NCBI GenBank assembly: GCA_028819255.1 | Contig: JAPPMB010000064.1 | Location: 93,478 to 157,477 of the forward strand | DNA length: 64,000 bases | Origin: Bryobacterales bacterium | GTDB taxonomy: Bacteria; Acidobacteriota; Terriglobia; Bryobacterales; UBA6623 | Direction: 5' to 3' | Part shown: positions 1 through 9,517 of the stretch, piece after piece | How positions within the stretch are numbered: position 1 is the first letter of the stretch | How the letters are laid out: every line of letters begins with the position of its first letter | Notes under the pieces: model-generated | The model's input: the letters and a program-made list of their open reading frames with translations, nothing else | The model's database searches: none | What the model was told of the DNA's origin: nothing | Made by a program: the position numbers and the translations under genes

Positions 1-359
1 GCCTGACAGGCCCAGATCGTCGTGAGAGCATGCCAGTGATTGGGTGTCGCCACGGAAACCGCCTGGATGTCCCGGTCCTCGAACAGCTTGCGCATGTCCG
101 AAAACTCCTTCGGCGCGTGTCCCTGTGTCTGGCGGACGATGGCCGCGGCGCGCTCCCTCGCCTCCTGATTCACGTCGCAGACCGCCGCTAGGCGCGTATT
201 CGGGACCTCCGCGAAATAGCGCAGGTGGCCGCGGCCCCGGCCCCCCACCCCGATCACGGCCAGATGCACCGTGTCATTGGCTCCCAACACAGGAAGGCTG
301 CGGGTCGCGACCGCGGCGGCCGCTCCTGCGAGGAAGCGTCTGCGACTTGGATTCGCCAT
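1..359 (-). CDS. Gfo/Idh/MocA family oxidoreductase with Tat signal (runs off the window edge)
   Basis: Manual translation from ATG at 359: MANPSRRRFLAGAAAAVATRSLPVLGANDTVHLAVIGVGGRG...VCDVN...VSVATPNHWHAL. Contains SRRRFL twin-arginine, GxGxxG and ATPNHWH motifs. Not in the ORF track because it is truncated. Confidence 0.9.
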   Translation of the reverse strand, partial: MANPSRRRFLAGAAAAVATRSLPVLGANDTVHLAVIGVGGRGRGHLRYFAEVPNTRLAAVCDVNQEARERAAAIVRQTQGHAPKEFSDMRKLFEDRDIQAVSVATPNHWHALTTIWACQ

Positions 360-366
360 GGCGTCC

Positions 367-406
367 AGACTACTACAGCCGCTCGAGCGGCTTGCTGTGA
401 TACGTT
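367..406. promoter_or_regulatory. Back-to-back -10 boxes flanking a 16-bp perfect palindrome
   Basis: TAGTCT on minus (367-372), 7 nt before ATG359. TGaTACGTT on plus (398-406), 7 nt before TTG414. Palindrome AGCCGCTCGAGCGGCT at 377-392. Confidence 0.55.
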
Positions 407-413
407 CGGTTCC

Positions 414-1880
414 TTGCGGTTCGCTCGTCTCGTTCCCACCTTGCTTCTGGCAACCGGACTTGCCGATGGCGAGGCGGACCCCCCGGAATTCCTGCGGGTT
501 TCGGAAGCCCTTGCCAACACGCGCGGAATCGAGGCCGACCTCCGTGCGCTCTGCGACGGGATCGGTTCGCGGATGGCAGGCACTCCCGGCATGCGCAGAG
601 CCCTTGACTGGGCGGTCAGGGAGTTCGTCGAAGCGGGTCTGCCGAACGCGCGGCTCGAGGCCGTGCCCATGCCGCTGAGCTGGAGTGAGGGCCCGACACA
701 AATTGAGGCGCTTGAGCCCGCGGCATTCCCGGTGCGGGCGGCCGCGTCCGCGCTCTCGCCGCCGTTTCGGCAGACCGAGGACGCGGAACTGGTGTATGGC
801 GGAACCGGCCAGCCGGGATACATCGCCCGCTCCCGCGAGCGGTTCCGCGGGAGGATCCTGCTTGTGCGGCTGGACCAGGCGGGGTCGTTCAACGAGCTGG
901 CCGTCGAGCAGCGCGACGCGATGATTGCCGTACGGGAAGCAGAGGACGCCGGCGCCCGGGCGGTGCTGCTGATTTCGACCCGGCCCAATCGGCTGCTGTA
1001 CCGACACGTCAACACCGTCACCGGCACCCTCGACGGGATCCCGTCCGCCGTCGTTGCCCGCGAAGACGGTCTGCGCATGCTCCGCTTGCTGCAGGAGGGC
1101 TCAAAGGTGCGAGTCCGCGTCGAGATGCCGAACAGGATCGGACCGGCGTACGAGACTGCGAACGTGGTGGCGGACCTTCCCGGAGTGGACCTTCCTGACG
1201 AGGTCGTGCTCATGGGAGCTCATCTCGATTCCTGGGACATGGGGACTGGCTGCCTCGACAACGCCGCAAACGCCGCCCTCGTGATGAACGTGGCCCGTGA
1301 GATCGTTGCTTCCGGACTGCGACCGCGCCGGACGCTGCGGTTCGTGCTGTTCGGCGGAGAGGAACTGGGCCTGTTCGGGTCGAGGGCCTACGTATCGAGA
1401 CACCGGGCCGACCTTGACGGACATGTCGCCGTGATCGTCCACGACATGGGAAGCGGCCCGCTCCTGGGCTACTCCGTCGGCGGCCGGAAGGAGTTGATTG
1501 CGAAGCTCAGGCCGCTCATCGATGCGGCCAGCCTGCCCGGCAAGCTCCGGCTATCGGACGACCCGTTTCTCCTGAGTGACAACTTCACGTTCATGCTGCA
1601 GGGAGTGCCGTCCCTCTTTGCTCTGCAGGACACCTCGGAGTTCTTCCTGACCTACCATTCCGAGGCGGACTCGTTCGACAAGGTGGGGATTGCCGACCTA
1701 ACCGACACTGCGCGCATCGCTGCAGAGATGCTTCTCGGAATCTCGGAGTCGGAGTCCCGCTTCGCGGACCGCTGGTCCGAGTCGCAGGTCGCGGACTGGA
1801 TGCGCGGCGCGGGTCTGGTCCGGCATCTTCGGTTCCTTGGCGTCTGGGATGCCTGGCGCCCGGCCCCCCGACCTGAGTGA
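414..1880 (+). CDS. M28 family metallopeptidase (carboxypeptidase Q-like, PA domain), secreted
   Basis: Motifs GAHLDSWD, GCLDNA, GEELGLFGS, SDN and YHSEAD. Signal-like N-terminus from TTG414. The ORF-track start at 225 overlaps the upstream gene. Confidence 0.88.
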   Translation: MRFARLVPTLLLATGLADGEADPPEFLRVSEALANTRGIEADLRALCDGIGSRMAGTPGMRRALDWAVREFVEAGLPNARLEAVPMPLSWSEGPTQIEALEPAAFPVRAAASALSPPFRQTEDAELVYGGTGQPGYIARSRERFRGRILLVRLDQAGSFNELAVEQRDAMIAVREAEDAGARAVLLISTRPNRLLYRHVNTVTGTLDGIPSAVVAREDGLRMLRLLQEGSKVRVRVEMPNRIGPAYETANVVADLPGVDLPDEVVLMGAHLDSWDMGTGCLDNAANAALVMNVAREIVASGLRPRRTLRFVLFGGEELGLFGSRAYVSRHRADLDGHVAVIVHDMGSGPLLGYSVGGRKELIAKLRPLIDAASLPGKLRLSDDPFLLSDNFTFMLQGVPSLFALQDTSEFFLTYHSEADSFDKVGIADLTDTARIAAEMLLGISESESRFADRWSESQVADWMRGAGLVRHLRFLGVWDAWRPAPRPE

Positions 1881-1925
1881 CGCGGTCCAGTGGGAATGGC
1901 CGGGCGGGCTGATAGGTTAGGGTCT

Positions 1926-3605
1926 ATGCCGTTTCCCTTGGCCCCGCAGGGAGGATTGGCCCGGCCGAGTGCGGACGAGCGTGCGCTCCGGCGCCAGTAC
2001 ATGCAGGGTCTGGTCCGCGAAGTGGAGACTCTCGAGCGGACCCTCAGGCTGGGCGGCGGTCCGGAGCGCATGGAGCGTCAGCGGGCTGCGGGAAAGATGC
2101 CGGCGCGCGAGAGGGCGGCTGCCTTGCTCGACGAGGGCGAGGAGCTGCTGGAGATCGGTCTGCTGGTGGCTCACGACGCCCACGACGGCATCGCCCCAGG
2201 CGCCGGCGTCGTCACGGGGATCGGCCGCGTTGGCGGACGACCGGTCGCCGTCATGGCGAACGACCCAACGGTCAAGGCGGGCAGCTGGTTCCCGGAAACG
2301 GTCACCAAGATCCTGCGCATCCAGGAGGTCGCGATGCGCTGCCGCATACCGATCGTCTACCTCGTGGACTCCGCCGGGGTGTTCCTTCCCATGCAGCACG
2401 GGACCTTTCCGGGGAAGTTCGGCGGCGCGCGAATTTTCCACAACTGCTCCCGCATGCGCAGGATCCTGAAGATCCCCCAATTCTCCGCCGTGATGGGGCA
2501 CTGTATCGCCGGCGGGGCCTACCTGCCCGCCCTCAGCGACGTGATTCTCATGGTGGAGGGAACAAGCTTCATGGGCCTCGGAGGGCCGAACCTCGTCAAG
2601 GGCGCCACCGGACAGGACGTCGGTGCTGCGGACCTCGGCGGAGCCACGCTCCACACCGCCCGAAGCGGCGTGGCCCACTATCGGGCCGACACCGACGCCG
2701 AGTGCCTTGAGAAGCTTCGCCATCTCATCCAGGACCTGCCCTGGTCCGCCCCGGACCGGCTGGAGCCGTCCGACCCCGACACGAGCGGCGGCGTTGACGA
2801 GGTCCTGCCGCGCGACCGCCGCCTGCCATACGACATCCACTCCGTGTTGCGACGGGTCGTCGACCGGAACGGCTGCGTGGAATTCATGCGCGACTACTCA
2901 CCGGAACTCCTGTGTGCGAACGTGCGGATCGAGGGCTGGCCGGTGGGTCTGATCGCGAACCGCAGAGGGCTCTTCCGCAGCCAGGGGAAATCTCGGGTTG
3001 GGGCGATCCTCTATGCCGAGACGGCTCGGAAGGCCGCCGAGTTCGTCCGCAAGTGCGACCGCCACGGGCATGCGCTCGTCTATCTGCAGGACGTGACGGG
3101 ATTCATGGTCGGTCCCGATGCGGAGCGCAGCGGCATTATCCGTGCCGGCGCGGAAATGGTCGAGTCCATGTCGACCGCGCGCGTGCCAAAGATCGTTGTT
3201 ACGCTGCGGCACGCGAGCGGGGCGGGCTACTACGCGATGGCAGGCCAGGGTTTCGAGCCCGACTTCATCTTCAGCTGGCCTTCCGCCCGAGTGGGAGTCA
3301 TGGAGGGCGAGTCCGCTGTCCAGGCTCTCTTTGCCGGCGAATTGCGCAGGCTTGCCGAATCCGGCGGCGCGGTTCCGGACGACCTGCGGCAAGCGATCGA
3401 ACGGACTCGCCGGGAGTATGAGCGCACGCTTGACGCGAAATGGTGCGCAGCTCGCGGCCATGTCGACGCGATCATCGCTCCCGCCCGGACGCGGGCCGTC
3501 GTGGCCAGATGCCTCGAGGCAGTTCACGCTGCCGGCTATGCAGCGCGCCCGCGTTTCGGCGATGCGAGCGAGCACCGTCGCGCGCCGCCTTCCGTCGCAC
3601 GCTGA
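1926..3605 (+). CDS. Acyl-CoA carboxylase carboxyltransferase (beta) subunit, methylcrotonyl-CoA carboxylase-like
   Basis: ANDPTVKAGSW, YLVDSAGVFLP, GHCIAGGAY, QDVTGFMVG and GAGYYAM motifs. Start at ATG1926 follows an extended -10 box. Confidence 0.9.
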   Translation: MPFPLAPQGGLARPSADERALRRQYMQGLVREVETLERTLRLGGGPERMERQRAAGKMPARERAAALLDEGEELLEIGLLVAHDAHDGIAPGAGVVTGIGRVGGRPVAVMANDPTVKAGSWFPETVTKILRIQEVAMRCRIPIVYLVDSAGVFLPMQHGTFPGKFGGARIFHNCSRMRRILKIPQFSAVMGHCIAGGAYLPALSDVILMVEGTSFMGLGGPNLVKGATGQDVGAADLGGATLHTARSGVAHYRADTDAECLEKLRHLIQDLPWSAPDRLEPSDPDTSGGVDEVLPRDRRLPYDIHSVLRRVVDRNGCVEFMRDYSPELLCANVRIEGWPVGLIANRRGLFRSQGKSRVGAILYAETARKAAEFVRKCDRHGHALVYLQDVTGFMVGPDAERSGIIRAGAEMVESMSTARVPKIVVTLRHASGAGYYAMAGQGFEPDFIFSWPSARVGVMEGESAVQALFAGELRRLAESGGAVPDDLRQAIERTRREYERTLDAKWCAARGHVDAIIAPARTRAVVARCLEAVHAAGYAARPRFGDASEHRRAPPSVAR

Positions 3606-3631
3606 GAAATCGAGTGCCACAATGAGATCGG

Positions 3632-6600
3632 ATGCGCCGGCCAACGCGACCTGATCCGCGAGTCCGACTGCGCGTCGTGCCCGTGCTGCTTGCGGGTGCC
3701 GCCCTGCTCCCCGGCGCACCTCCGCACGAAACCATGGATGCGTGCGGTGCAGGGCACAGCGCACAGGAATCGCTTTTCGTGCGCCAGCAGCGACTGATTC
3801 GCGAGCCCGAACTGGCCCAGTTGCTGCCAGGGCGGGTCGGGCCGACACCGCAGGCCGGGGACATTGCGCTGATCGAGGCTTCGTCGCAGGTCATGGCGCC
3901 TCCCAACGAGGTCGACCTGTCCGGCTGGAGCATCTCGATCTCCCCCGGACCTTCCGGCTTCACGCTGCGTTCCGAGGGCAACGGGACTGGGAGCCCGATC
4001 GACGACGCCGGAATCCCGCTCGGACTCACTGACGATGACTTCGCCTTGGTCGAGCTTCCGTTCAGCTTTCCCTACTACGGGAGGGAATACACCTTCGGGT
4101 TTGTGCATTCCGACGGCAACTTCACGTTCGTGGCTCCGGAACCGAGCTCGTTCGAACGCAACTTTTCACGCGCGGCCGGCGGACCACCGAGGATCGCGCC
4201 ACTCTTCCGGGACCTCGATCCGAGCAAGGGCGGAAAGGTGCGGTTCCTCAGCCAGGGAAGCCGGGCAGTGGTGACCTGGGACGAAGTCCCACTGTTCAGC
4301 GATTTCGGGATCGGGAAGCGCCAGACGTTCCGGATGGTCCTGCACGAGAGCGGGAGGATCGACTTTGACTACGGCGCGCTCGACTTGCCGGGGGCCGTCG
4401 TCGGCACTTTCCCCGGGGTCGCGTCTCGGAAGGCCGTGGCAGTCGACTGGAGCGCACCGCAAGCAGGTCCGATCCTGGGTGAGCCGATCCTGGCCGAGAT
4501 CTTTGCGGACGAGAGCGTGCTTGATGAGTACGGGATCGTCCACACGTTCTTCAGAACACACGAAGACGCCTACGACTCCCTGGTCGTGTTCAACGCGATT
4601 GGCCAAGGAGCGAGCCGGTTCTCCCTGGCCCACGCCTACCCGGTGCGGAACGACATCGAGGGAATCGGCGAGCGGATCGGGGACTGGGGAGCGTTCTTCG
4701 GCTCGGGCCGGAGGCTCTCGGCATTCGTCAACATGGGGGCTCTCTCGGACTACCCGGAAAGTCCGGTCGCTCCCATCCCGGGTCTGCCAAGCTCGTCGCT
4801 GCTGACGATCCTCGCCCACGAGGTGGGCCACAGATTCCTGGCGTATCCCAAGTGGATTGATCCGGAGACGGGAGAAACCTCGAGGTCTCTTCTCGGCAGG
4901 CAATTCGCGCATTGGAGCTTCTTCTTCAATACCGACGCATCCGTGCTCGAGGGCAACGCGATCAAGGATCACGGGCCAGGTGTCAGCCCGCGATTCGAGA
5001 CCGTCGCCGCCACACAGGCGTACAGCATGGTGGACCAGTACCTCATGGGCATCGTCGACGCCAGCGAAGTGCCTGCGACGTTTCTCGTCGAAGACCCCGT
5101 GGGCGTCGGCCCCCGTCTCGGGACTGCGGCCAGGTCCCCGGAAGTGGGGGTCAGGTTCGACGGGATTCGCAAGGAGGTCCGGATCGAGGACATCATTGCC
5201 GCCGAGGGGCCGCGCAGGCCTGAGGCATCGGTTGCCCAGCGGCATTTTCGTCACGCGTTCGTGCTCGTCGTGGAGGACGCGGATTCTCCGGATGCGGATG
5301 GGATCAGGAAGCTTCAACAGGTCCGCACCAACTGGCGCGCCTTCTTCAACATCCAGGTTGGAACGCGGGCCACGGTCGCCACGGAGCTCGTCAAGATGCT
5401 GCATCTGTCCACATGGCCGGCGGCCGGCGTGGTGGCAGGGCTTCCCGGGTCCGGCAGGGTAACGATTTCAGAGGCGCGCGACACCGATTTGGCCGTTTCG
5501 CTTCGCCTCGATGATGCGATCGCCACTGTTCCGGCGTCAGTGACGATTCCGGCCGGAGAACTGTTTGCAGAATTCGAGATTCGGGGCCGCCGGACGGGGC
5601 CCGCGACGTTGACCGCAGCGGCTGCGGAGCCGGGCTTCGACCGCGCTGTCACGCGACTCTTCGTGGCGGAGGGCGTCGATGGTCTCAAGCTCGAGAGGCT
5701 GCATTTCGACAACCTGCGAGGCCTTGCCGGCGCCAAGGTGCCCTGGCCGGTCGACTACAGGGTCCGGGACGAGAACCGGCTTCCATACAGCGGGATCGAG
5801 TTGTCGTTCTCCCAGGGGATCTCCGGTGCGGAACCCATTCCGAGCGACATGACGGATTCCGACGGAAGGGTGCGCGTGGAGTGGCAGCTTGCCCCGCAGC
5901 CGGGAACGCAGGTGCTCAAGGCTTACCTGGAGGACGCTCCCGAGATGGCGGTGCTGACCCGGGCCAAGGCGGCCGGCGCGGTGCCGACCCTTGCTCCGGT
6001 GGGAGCCGTGAACGCGGCCAGCGGCGAGCGCGCCTCTTCGGGACGCGGATTCGCCCCAGGCAGCCTGATCACGGTCTATGGAATCGGCCTTGCCACGGAA
6101 GAGAAGGACGCGCACACGCTTCTGGCGTTTGGGAATCGCGCACTTCCCCTCGTTCTCGACGGCATCCGCATCCACGTTGGGGGAGTGTCGGCCCCGCTGG
6201 TCCGGGTGTCTCCGTCCCAAGTTACGTTCCAGCTTCCGTTTGAACTCGAAGGGCCCGAGGTCGAGGTGGGAGTCGCGACACCGTATGCGCGAGGCGACAC
6301 CATCGCGATTCCACTGAGTCCGCTCCAGCCGGGGCTGTTTCCGGGACGTGTCGCCGGGACCGCAACGGATCCCGCAAACCTGATCGCCGGCAGAGGGACC
6401 CCGAAGGCTGGCGGCCTGATCGAATTGTTCGGCACAGGCCTGGGTCCCGTCTCACCCCCGGGGCGGACCGGGAAGCCAGGCTTGTCGATGCCGCTGCAGA
6501 CTGTGAACGGAGAGACTACGGCATGGGTGGACGGACAGGAGGTGAAAGTCAGGTCCAGTGCGCTGGCAACGCTCGAGGCCGGAGTCTACCGGGTGGTGCT

Positions 6601-6694
6601 GGAACTGCCGGAAGATCTGGAGCCCGGCATGCACGAGGTCAGGATTGCGGTCGACGGTGTTGAGAGCAACACCATCACCTTTGTGTCCCAATAG
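3632..6694 (+). CDS. Large secreted protein: nidogen-like region, HExxH zinc-metalloprotease motif, Ig-like segments, TIGR03437-like C-terminal domain
   Basis: Signal peptide; LTDDDF...LPFSFPYYG and IAPLFRDLDP; LAHEVGHRF; C-terminal VNAAS...APGSLITVYGIGL...LFGTGLG...DGVESN typical of Solibacter-type proteins. Confidence 0.8.
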   Translation: MRRPTRPDPRVRLRVVPVLLAGAALLPGAPPHETMDACGAGHSAQESLFVRQQRLIREPELAQLLPGRVGPTPQAGDIALIEASSQVMAPPNEVDLSGWSISISPGPSGFTLRSEGNGTGSPIDDAGIPLGLTDDDFALVELPFSFPYYGREYTFGFVHSDGNFTFVAPEPSSFERNFSRAAGGPPRIAPLFRDLDPSKGGKVRFLSQGSRAVVTWDEVPLFSDFGIGKRQTFRMVLHESGRIDFDYGALDLPGAVVGTFPGVASRKAVAVDWSAPQAGPILGEPILAEIFADESVLDEYGIVHTFFRTHEDAYDSLVVFNAIGQGASRFSLAHAYPVRNDIEGIGERIGDWGAFFGSGRRLSAFVNMGALSDYPESPVAPIPGLPSSSLLTILAHEVGHRFLAYPKWIDPETGETSRSLLGRQFAHWSFFFNTDASVLEGNAIKDHGPGVSPRFETVAATQAYSMVDQYLMGIVDASEVPATFLVEDPVGVGPRLGTAARSPEVGVRFDGIRKEVRIEDIIAAEGPRRPEASVAQRHFRHAFVLVVEDADSPDADGIRKLQQVRTNWRAFFNIQVGTRATVATELVKMLHLSTWPAAGVVAGLPGSGRVTISEARDTDLAVSLRLDDAIATVPASVTIPAGELFAEFEIRGRRTGPATLTAAAAEPGFDRAVTRLFVAEGVDGLKLERLHFDNLRGLAGAKVPWPVDYRVRDENRLPYSGIELSFSQGISGAEPIPSDMTDSDGRVRVEWQLAPQPGTQVLKAYLEDAPEMAVLTRAKAAGAVPTLAPVGAVNAASGERASSGRGFAPGSLITVYGIGLATEEKDAHTLLAFGNRALPLVLDGIRIHVGGVSAPLVRVSPSQVTFQLPFELEGPEVEVGVATPYARGDTIAIPLSPLQPGLFPGRVAGTATDPANLIAGRGTPKAGGLIELFGTGLGPVSPPGRTGKPGLSMPLQTVNGETTAWVDGQEVKVRSSALATLEAGVYRVVLELPEDLEPGMHEVRIAVDGVESNTITFVSQ

Positions 6695-6699
6695 CGAGG

Positions 6700-7300
6700 G
6701 GATTCCGGATCTCCTCGGACGCTGCAAGGTGACCGCGCAGGGTCTTTGGCGGAATCTGCGTGTACGCGAACAGCCGATTGGCAAGTCTGCCGCGGTAGCG
6801 CGCGACCTGCACCGCAACATGCAGTGGTCGAGATCGTGGCCAACTGGTGGCGTGATGCATGCCCGCGAAGGCCGTTCACGGGGGGTTGCGAGCCCTGCGA
6901 AACCGGCCTTGTATGTCGCTTCAACCCACCTTGAACTCCACCTGGGTCCCCGCAGAGTGGTTGGCCGGGCCCAGCTTGCGGACTGCGTGGCTCCACAAGT
7001 GCAGGAGCCGCCCACGACGTTCCGAAGCCGCTCAGGAGCAGCTTCGTGTTTGTTGGGAAGACCGGGTTGCCGGAGTTGAGGTCTAGCGACAGCCCGGCGG
7101 ATCCCCACGTTGGTGCACAGAGCTTCACCTGCGCCGCATCGCGAGCCAATTCCGCGCTGGCAGGGGCGAGTCCGGCCTTCAGGCCCGAGAACTTCCGGAC
7201 CCCCGAGTCCTTGCCGTCGAGGCCGGCAACCTCCTTCTCGGGCTTCTTCGACACAAGCGCGACCTCATCGAGGACGGCGGAGGCGCAATCCTCTGGGCGC
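6700..7300 (-). pseudogene. Probable decayed gene remnant of unknown identity
   Basis: Minus-strand stretch with coding-like GC3 bias (VLDEVALVSKKPEKEVAGLDGKDSGVRKFSGLKAGL...NPVFPTNTKLLLSG) but no credible start or coherent product. Confidence 0.3.
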
Positions 7301-7310
7301 ACGCCGACCG

Positions 7311-7571
7311 ATGCCGCTCGGCCGGCCATGCAATCCTCGCACCGTGCGGGAGATCACCTTCTGGCGACTGGTTTTCGGACAGGCGTTCGTACTCACCGTA
7401 CTGGCTCTCTCGTTGACCTTGGCCGAAGTCAGCGTTCTGGAATCCGTCGCCACCTTCGCCATCGCCAGCCTCTTTGTGTCGGGAGTGGTCGTCTGGCTGG
7501 CTGTCGAGGCCTACGATGCCGCCTGCCGCTTCGGGGGCTTCATGGCCGAACTGTCGGGCCTGCGAGAGTGA
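7311..7571 (+). CDS. Small hypothetical membrane protein (about 2 TM segments)
   Basis: Hydrophobic stretches FWRLVFGQAFVLTVLALSLTLA and VATFAIASLFVSGVVVWLAV. Start uncertain (ATG7311 or GTG7344). Confidence 0.4.
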   Translation: MPLGRPCNPRTVREITFWRLVFGQAFVLTVLALSLTLAEVSVLESVATFAIASLFVSGVVVWLAVEAYDAACRFGGFMAELSGLRE

Positions 7572-8018
7572 GCGCCCGGTCGAGCGCCACACGCCGGTAC
7601 TCCACCGCCGCGTGGTACGGCAGCTGCTTGACCTCCGATTGCTGCCAGTGGAACTTGGCGGCGATTTCGGCCGAACCTCTTGCGAGGGTGCACCGACTAC
7701 CCTGCGGCTCCTCCCGACCTGCCTCGAGTTCGATAGGTCCGCACGACTGGACCTGGACGGTCGACGAGCGGTAACCGTGCGGTCGAGTCGGCAGCCTGCG
7801 ATTCTCGGGATCCGTTCTCGGGTGCGGACACACGATCTGTGAGGCGATCAACCCGGCCGCTGCGGCGCGCCAATCGCTCGTGGTGCCCCTTGGCCGGTTG
7901 AACCTGCGCTTCCCAGAAAAACGTCAACGGTGCGGAGCGGAGTCGGTCATCCGCCTGATGGCGATGGCCTTGGACGCGTGCCGAGAGCGCCGGCTGCGGA
8001 CGCATCTACACTCAAAGA

Positions 8019-8693
8019 ATGCGCCGCTCCGCACCCGGCTGGAGCCTTCTGGTCCTCGCCCTCCTGGCTCTGATCCTGGTACCGTTCTTCCTGTTCGAGA
8101 CCGCGCTGCTTGATCTCGCGGAGCGCTTGCTGCAGACAGGGCGCAGCCAGCCGGCGACCGCCGCTGCGATCGTCGTCCTGATGCTGGCGGATGTGGTTCT
8201 TCCCGTTCCTTCGAGCTTCGTCGCGACCGCATCCGGAATGCTGATGGGACTGCTGCCGGGTGCCTTCGTCACCTGGGCTGGCATGCAGGCCGGGGCCCTG
8301 CTGGGATATGTTCTGGGTTCTTCGGCGGGAGTTCCCGTCGCCGTTCGCCTTGTCGGCCAGGAAGGGCTCGATCAGGCTTCCCGGCTGCAGCGTCGCTGGG
8401 GAGTCTGGTCCTTGATCGCGGCACGCGCCGTGCCAGTGCTTGCCGAGAGTTCCGTTGTATTGGCCGGAATCACCCGAATGCGGATCGGACGTTTCGCATG
8501 GCTTACCGGCGTCTCGAACGCTGCAATCTCGCTGGTGTACGCCTTCGTCGGAGCCCGCGCACTGGAGACGCGGGCGTTTCTCTTCGCCTTCGTGGGTTCG
8601 ATTGGCATTCCGGGCGTCCTGATCGGCATTCATCGATGGCTGGAGCGTCCGGCTGCAGGCGCGGAGGATCCCAGTAGGGAGGTGATGCAATGA
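8019..8693 (+). CDS. DedA/TVP38 (VTT domain) membrane protein
   Basis: LADVVLPVPSS and ARAVPVLAE motifs, multiple TM helices; -10 TACACT 6 nt upstream. Confidence 0.85.
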   Translation: MRRSAPGWSLLVLALLALILVPFFLFETALLDLAERLLQTGRSQPATAAAIVVLMLADVVLPVPSSFVATASGMLMGLLPGAFVTWAGMQAGALLGYVLGSSAGVPVAVRLVGQEGLDQASRLQRRWGVWSLIAARAVPVLAESSVVLAGITRMRIGRFAWLTGVSNAAISLVYAFVGARALETRAFLFAFVGSIGIPGVLIGIHRWLERPAAGAEDPSREVMQ

Positions 8694-9517
8694 CTCGTTC
8701 CCCAGTCCGTCCGGCAGGCGTATTGACCCTTACGACGGACTTCGGGACGCGGGACCACTACGTGGGGGCCATGAAGGGAGCCGTCATCTCCGTGGCGCCT
8801 CAGGTGCGGGTCTTCGACATCAGCCACGAGATCCCGAGCTTCGACGTGGCTGAGGGCGCGTTTGCGATCGCGCAATCGTTCCCCCACTACCCGGACGGCA
8901 CAGTGCACGTCGTGGTCATCGATCCCGGCGTCGGTTCCGCTCGCCGACCGGTTGCCGTCGCAGCCGGAGGGCACTGGTTCGTTGCTCCCGACAACGGCGT
9001 GCTCTCCCTGGTGCTCGAAGCCGCCGGCCGGTTCGAGGCACGGGAGGTTGACTTGCGGCACGGCCTCCCCAGAATGAGCACGACATTTCACGGCAGGGAT
9101 CTGTTTGCTCCGGTCGGAGCCCGCCTGGCAATCGGACTTCCCTTTGACGAGATCGGCCCTGAGGCGACCGCCTTGGTCCGCATGGACCCTGCCGCCGCTT
9201 CCGACGGCTGCGGGCGGGTCCTGCATGTGGATGGTTTCGGAAACCTCGTCACGAGCTTTCGTGCGTCCGATCTCCCCGAGGGAGCCTCCCTTGCTTTGGG
9301 CGACGGGACCGTGAGCGCGCGCGCGCGCGCCTATGCGTCCATGCCCGCCGGACGCCTGTTCCTGATCGTCGGAAGTTCCGGCTACGTTGAAGTCTCCATG
9401 AACCGGGGATCGGCTGCAGATGCCCTCGGTGTCCGGGCTGGAGAGGCCGTCACTCTGGTCGCGGACGATTCCGTGTCGGCGGGCTCGCGTACTCAGTCGG
9501 TCAGTGAGGTTGAGTAG
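8690..9517 (+). CDS. SAM hydroxide adenosyltransferase (DUF62, SAM-dependent chlorinase/fluorinase family)
   Basis: TLTTDFG, VIDPGVGSARR, APDNGVL, STTFHGRDLFAP and VDGFGNL motifs; ATGA overlap with the upstream gene. Confidence 0.9.
   Translation: MTRSPVRPAGVLTLTTDFGTRDHYVGAMKGAVISVAPQVRVFDISHEIPSFDVAEGAFAIAQSFPHYPDGTVHVVVIDPGVGSARRPVAVAAGGHWFVAPDNGVLSLVLEAAGRFEAREVDLRHGLPRMSTTFHGRDLFAPVGARLAIGLPFDEIGPEATALVRMDPAAASDGCGRVLHVDGFGNLVTSFRASDLPEGASLALGDGTVSARARAYASMPAGRLFLIVGSSGYVEVSMNRGSAADALGVRAGEAVTLVADDSVSAGSRTQSVSEVE

Noticed and set aside
6930-7080. Faint flagellin-like words (TKLLLSGFGT, QVEFKVG) on the minus strand
   Set aside because: They are in different frames, too short, and lack the flanking conserved flagellin helices.
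8690-9517. Possible fluorinase or chlorinase
   Set aside because: It carries the Asp/Arg/His residues (DPGVGSxR, TFHGRD) typical of DUF62 SAM hydrolases, and there is no biosynthetic cluster context.
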